From assembly GCA_010093995.1 (NCBI GenBank), contig ML992502.1, positions 2,302,728 to 2,366,727 of the forward strand: a stretch of DNA of 64,000 nucleotides. The letters run 5' to 3'. Positions 61,809 through 64,000 of the stretch are shown piece after piece. The stretch comes from Elsinoe ampelina (lineage: Eukaryota). Made by a program: the position numbers and the translations under genes. The first letter of the stretch is position 1. Every line of letters starts with the position of its first letter. The notes under the pieces are model-generated. The model ran no database searches. It had not been told where the DNA came from and saw only the letters and a list, made by a program, of their open reading frames with translations.

Positions 61809-64000
61809 ATGAGGACTCAGCATTCTCTGCTGGCCGCTACGGCGTTCAGTGGAGTCGCCCTCGCCGCACCAGCCAAGCTCGAGAAGAAGGACTTTCTCGG
61901 AGTGGCAAAGACTCTGCTCGGTAACCAGGGTGGCGTGGCTGCGACTGCAGTCTCCAACATCCTTGGAGCTGCTTCCACAGCCGTCAGTCAGCAAGGTGGT
62001 GCTGTTAGCACCGCAGCCAGTCAAGCTCAACAGCCATGGGTCACTCTGTAAGTCATCCCTCACACATCTCGCTATTAAAGTTCCTCAGACTAACGACATT
62101 AGTCCTGGCGGTCTGGGTAACGTGGTCAACACTGTCATTGGCAACGGGGGCTCTGTTCCTTCCGCTGCTCTGCCCTCGACGGGTCTTCCGTCAGTGAGCG
62201 TACCAGCAGTCTCCATTCCCTCCGTCAGTGTCCCGAGCGTCAGCGTGCCCAGCGTCCAGCTCCCTACTGTTTCTCCCCCGAGCATCAGCATCCCGAGCTT
62301 CAGCGTCAGCGCTCCGTCCGTCCAGCTGCCGACCATCTCGCCACCAAGCCTGAGCGTCCCATCGGCCAGCATCCCCCAGATCAGCGTCCCGAGCGTCAGC
62401 GTTCCCTCGGCCAGCGCTCCCGCCGTCAGCGTACCTGTTGTCAGCACTCCATCTGCAGGTGCTCCCCTTCTCGGGCTTCCAGTACTCAGCGTGCCTGCTC
62501 TTTCGCTCCCGACCATCTCGATCAACTTGAACATCCCGAGTCGTGCACCCGAGGTCAGCGTTCCTGTTATCTCGGTTCCCAGCGTTTCGGTTCCCAGCGT
62601 CTCGGTCCCTAGCGTCTCGGCCCCTAGCGTCTCAGTGCCATCGGTCTCTCTGAGTGTTCCAACCGATACCCCGGCGATCAGTCTTCCCACCGTCAGCGCC
62701 CCTTCGGTCACCCTTCCAAGTGCGAGCGTTCCTTCGGTCGCTCTTCCTACCGGTGGCAATGGCGGAAGCACCCCTGGCAACGGCGGCAACGATGGCGGCG
62801 ACAACGGAGGTCTCCTCGGTGGACTCTTGAAGATCCCTTCGCTCATCTCCAGCCTCATCCTGCCCACCTCCTCTCTTGCCGGCAACCTCCCAGCCGCTAC
62901 AGGTCTTAACGGAATCGTCCCAGGCGTGGCCAACGGCGTTTCCTCCGTCCTCGGTGGGCTCACTGGCGCCGATCTGCCTACCGGTGGCGCTCCCTCTGCC
63001 ACTGGCCTCAATGGCGTTCTCCCTGGCGTTGCTAGCGGTGTCTCTTCCATTCTCGGCGGCTTCACCGGTGTCGAGATCCCGACCGGCAGCATTCCTGCCG
63101 CCCCTGGCGTTCCGACAGCAGGTAACCCTGCCGGTGGACTCGGCGGCATTGTCTCTGGCGTGGTGGGTGAGGTTTCTACCATTCTTGATGGTTGGACTGG
63201 CATCGGACTACCAACAGGCGCTGGTCTGCCCAGCCTCAGCCTTCCCACCGCTTCCGGTCTCCCGACCGCTGGTCTGCCCTCTGCTGGCAGCCCTGCTGGC
63301 GGACTCGGTGAGATTGTCAATGGCGTCGGTGGCAAGGTCTCTAGCATCCTAGGTGGCCTGTCTGGCGTCGAGCTGCCTACTGGCGCTGGTCTACCTACTC
63401 TTAGCGTCCCCACCGCTTCCGGTCTTCCCACCGCAGGTCTGCCCTCTGCTGGCAGCCCTCTCGGTGGACTCGGCGGGATCGTCTCTGGCGTTGCCGGCCA
63501 GGTCTCTAGCATCCTTGGTGGCGTGTCTGGAGTCGAGCTTCCCACTGGTGCTGGTCTCCCTACCCTCAGCCTCCCAACCGCTTCCGGTCTCCCCACTGCT
63601 GGTCTCCCCACTGCTGGTCTCCCCACTGCTGGTCTCCCCACTGCTGGTCTCCCCACTGCATCTGTTCCCTCTGCGGGCAACCCACTTGCTGGACTCGGCG
63701 GGATCGTCTCTGGCGTTGCCGGCCAGGTGTCTAGCATTCTTGGTGGCGTGTCTGGAGTCGAACTCCCCACTGGTGCTGGTCTCCCTGCCCTTAGCCTCCC
63801 AACCGCTTCCGGTCTCCCCACTGCTGGTCCCCCCACTGCATCTGTTCCCTCTGCGGGCAATCCACTTGCTGGGCTCGGTGGGATCGTCTCTGGCGTTGCC
63901 GGCCAAGTGTCTAGCATCCTTGGTGGCGTGTCTGGAGTCGAACTTCCCACTGGTGCTGGTCTCCCTACCCTGAGCCTCCCAACCGCTTCCGGTCTCCCCA
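61809..64000 (+). CDS. Secreted, highly repetitive Ser/Pro/Val then Gly/Leu/Pro/Thr-rich protein; intron 62048-62102; runs off the right edge
   Basis: Signal peptide MRTQHSLLAATAFSGVALA, then APAKLEKK. After the intron (GTAAGT...CTAAC...TAG) the frame is open to the window end, with PSVSV pentapeptides and larger repeats. Confidence 0.88.
63121..64000 (+). repeat. Coding tandem repeat with units of 165, 165, 225 and 180 nt and a nested 15-nt GGTCTCCCCACTGCT repeat
   Basis: The GG(A/G)CTCGG(C/T)G anchor occurs at 63136, 63301, 63466, 63691 and 63871. Confidence 0.92.

Noticed and set aside
62085..63950. 621-aa minus-strand ORF
   Set aside because: It is the antisense shadow of the repetitive plus-strand gene, which has the signal peptide and a canonical intron.
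1..64000. Secondary-metabolite gene cluster or alternative nuclear genetic code (TAG reassigned)
   Set aside because: There is no backbone enzyme in the window. TAG serves as a normal terminator in ATG18, RSM19, MRE11, UMP1 and SAL1, so any amber recoding must be site- or stage-specific.

Overview
Gene-dense, intron-containing DNA from a filamentous ascomycete. It looks like Pezizomycotina, possibly a Dothideomycete, but that is inference only. I can support about 28 protein-coding genes: PPM2/TYW4, ATG18, a BQT4-like APSES protein, Rho-GDI, thioredoxin, an MFS transporter, an ammonium permease, a pepsin-like protein, a GNAT, two Zn-cluster transcription factors, a histidine-phosphatase-like protein, DUF3431, asparaginase, TAF10, RSM19, MRE11, UMP1, SAL1, SSN8, a cupin and a repetitive secreted protein, among others. 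There is also one intron-containing tRNA-Ile(UAU) and one 170-N assembly gap. The most notable feature is the 2.5-kb first intron of the Rho-GDI gene. It hides a same-strand 709-codon reading frame with no frameshifts, interrupted only by four in-frame TAG codons including a TAG-TAG tandem. This is the pattern known from fungal genes whose premature stops are repaired by A-to-I mRNA editing. Also notable: nine orientation-independent C-rich to G-rich skew-switch islands, an in-frame stop-free 360-nt intron in SAL1, an unannotated protein with eIF4E-binding and PAM2-like motifs, and a hierarchical-repeat secreted protein at the right edge.
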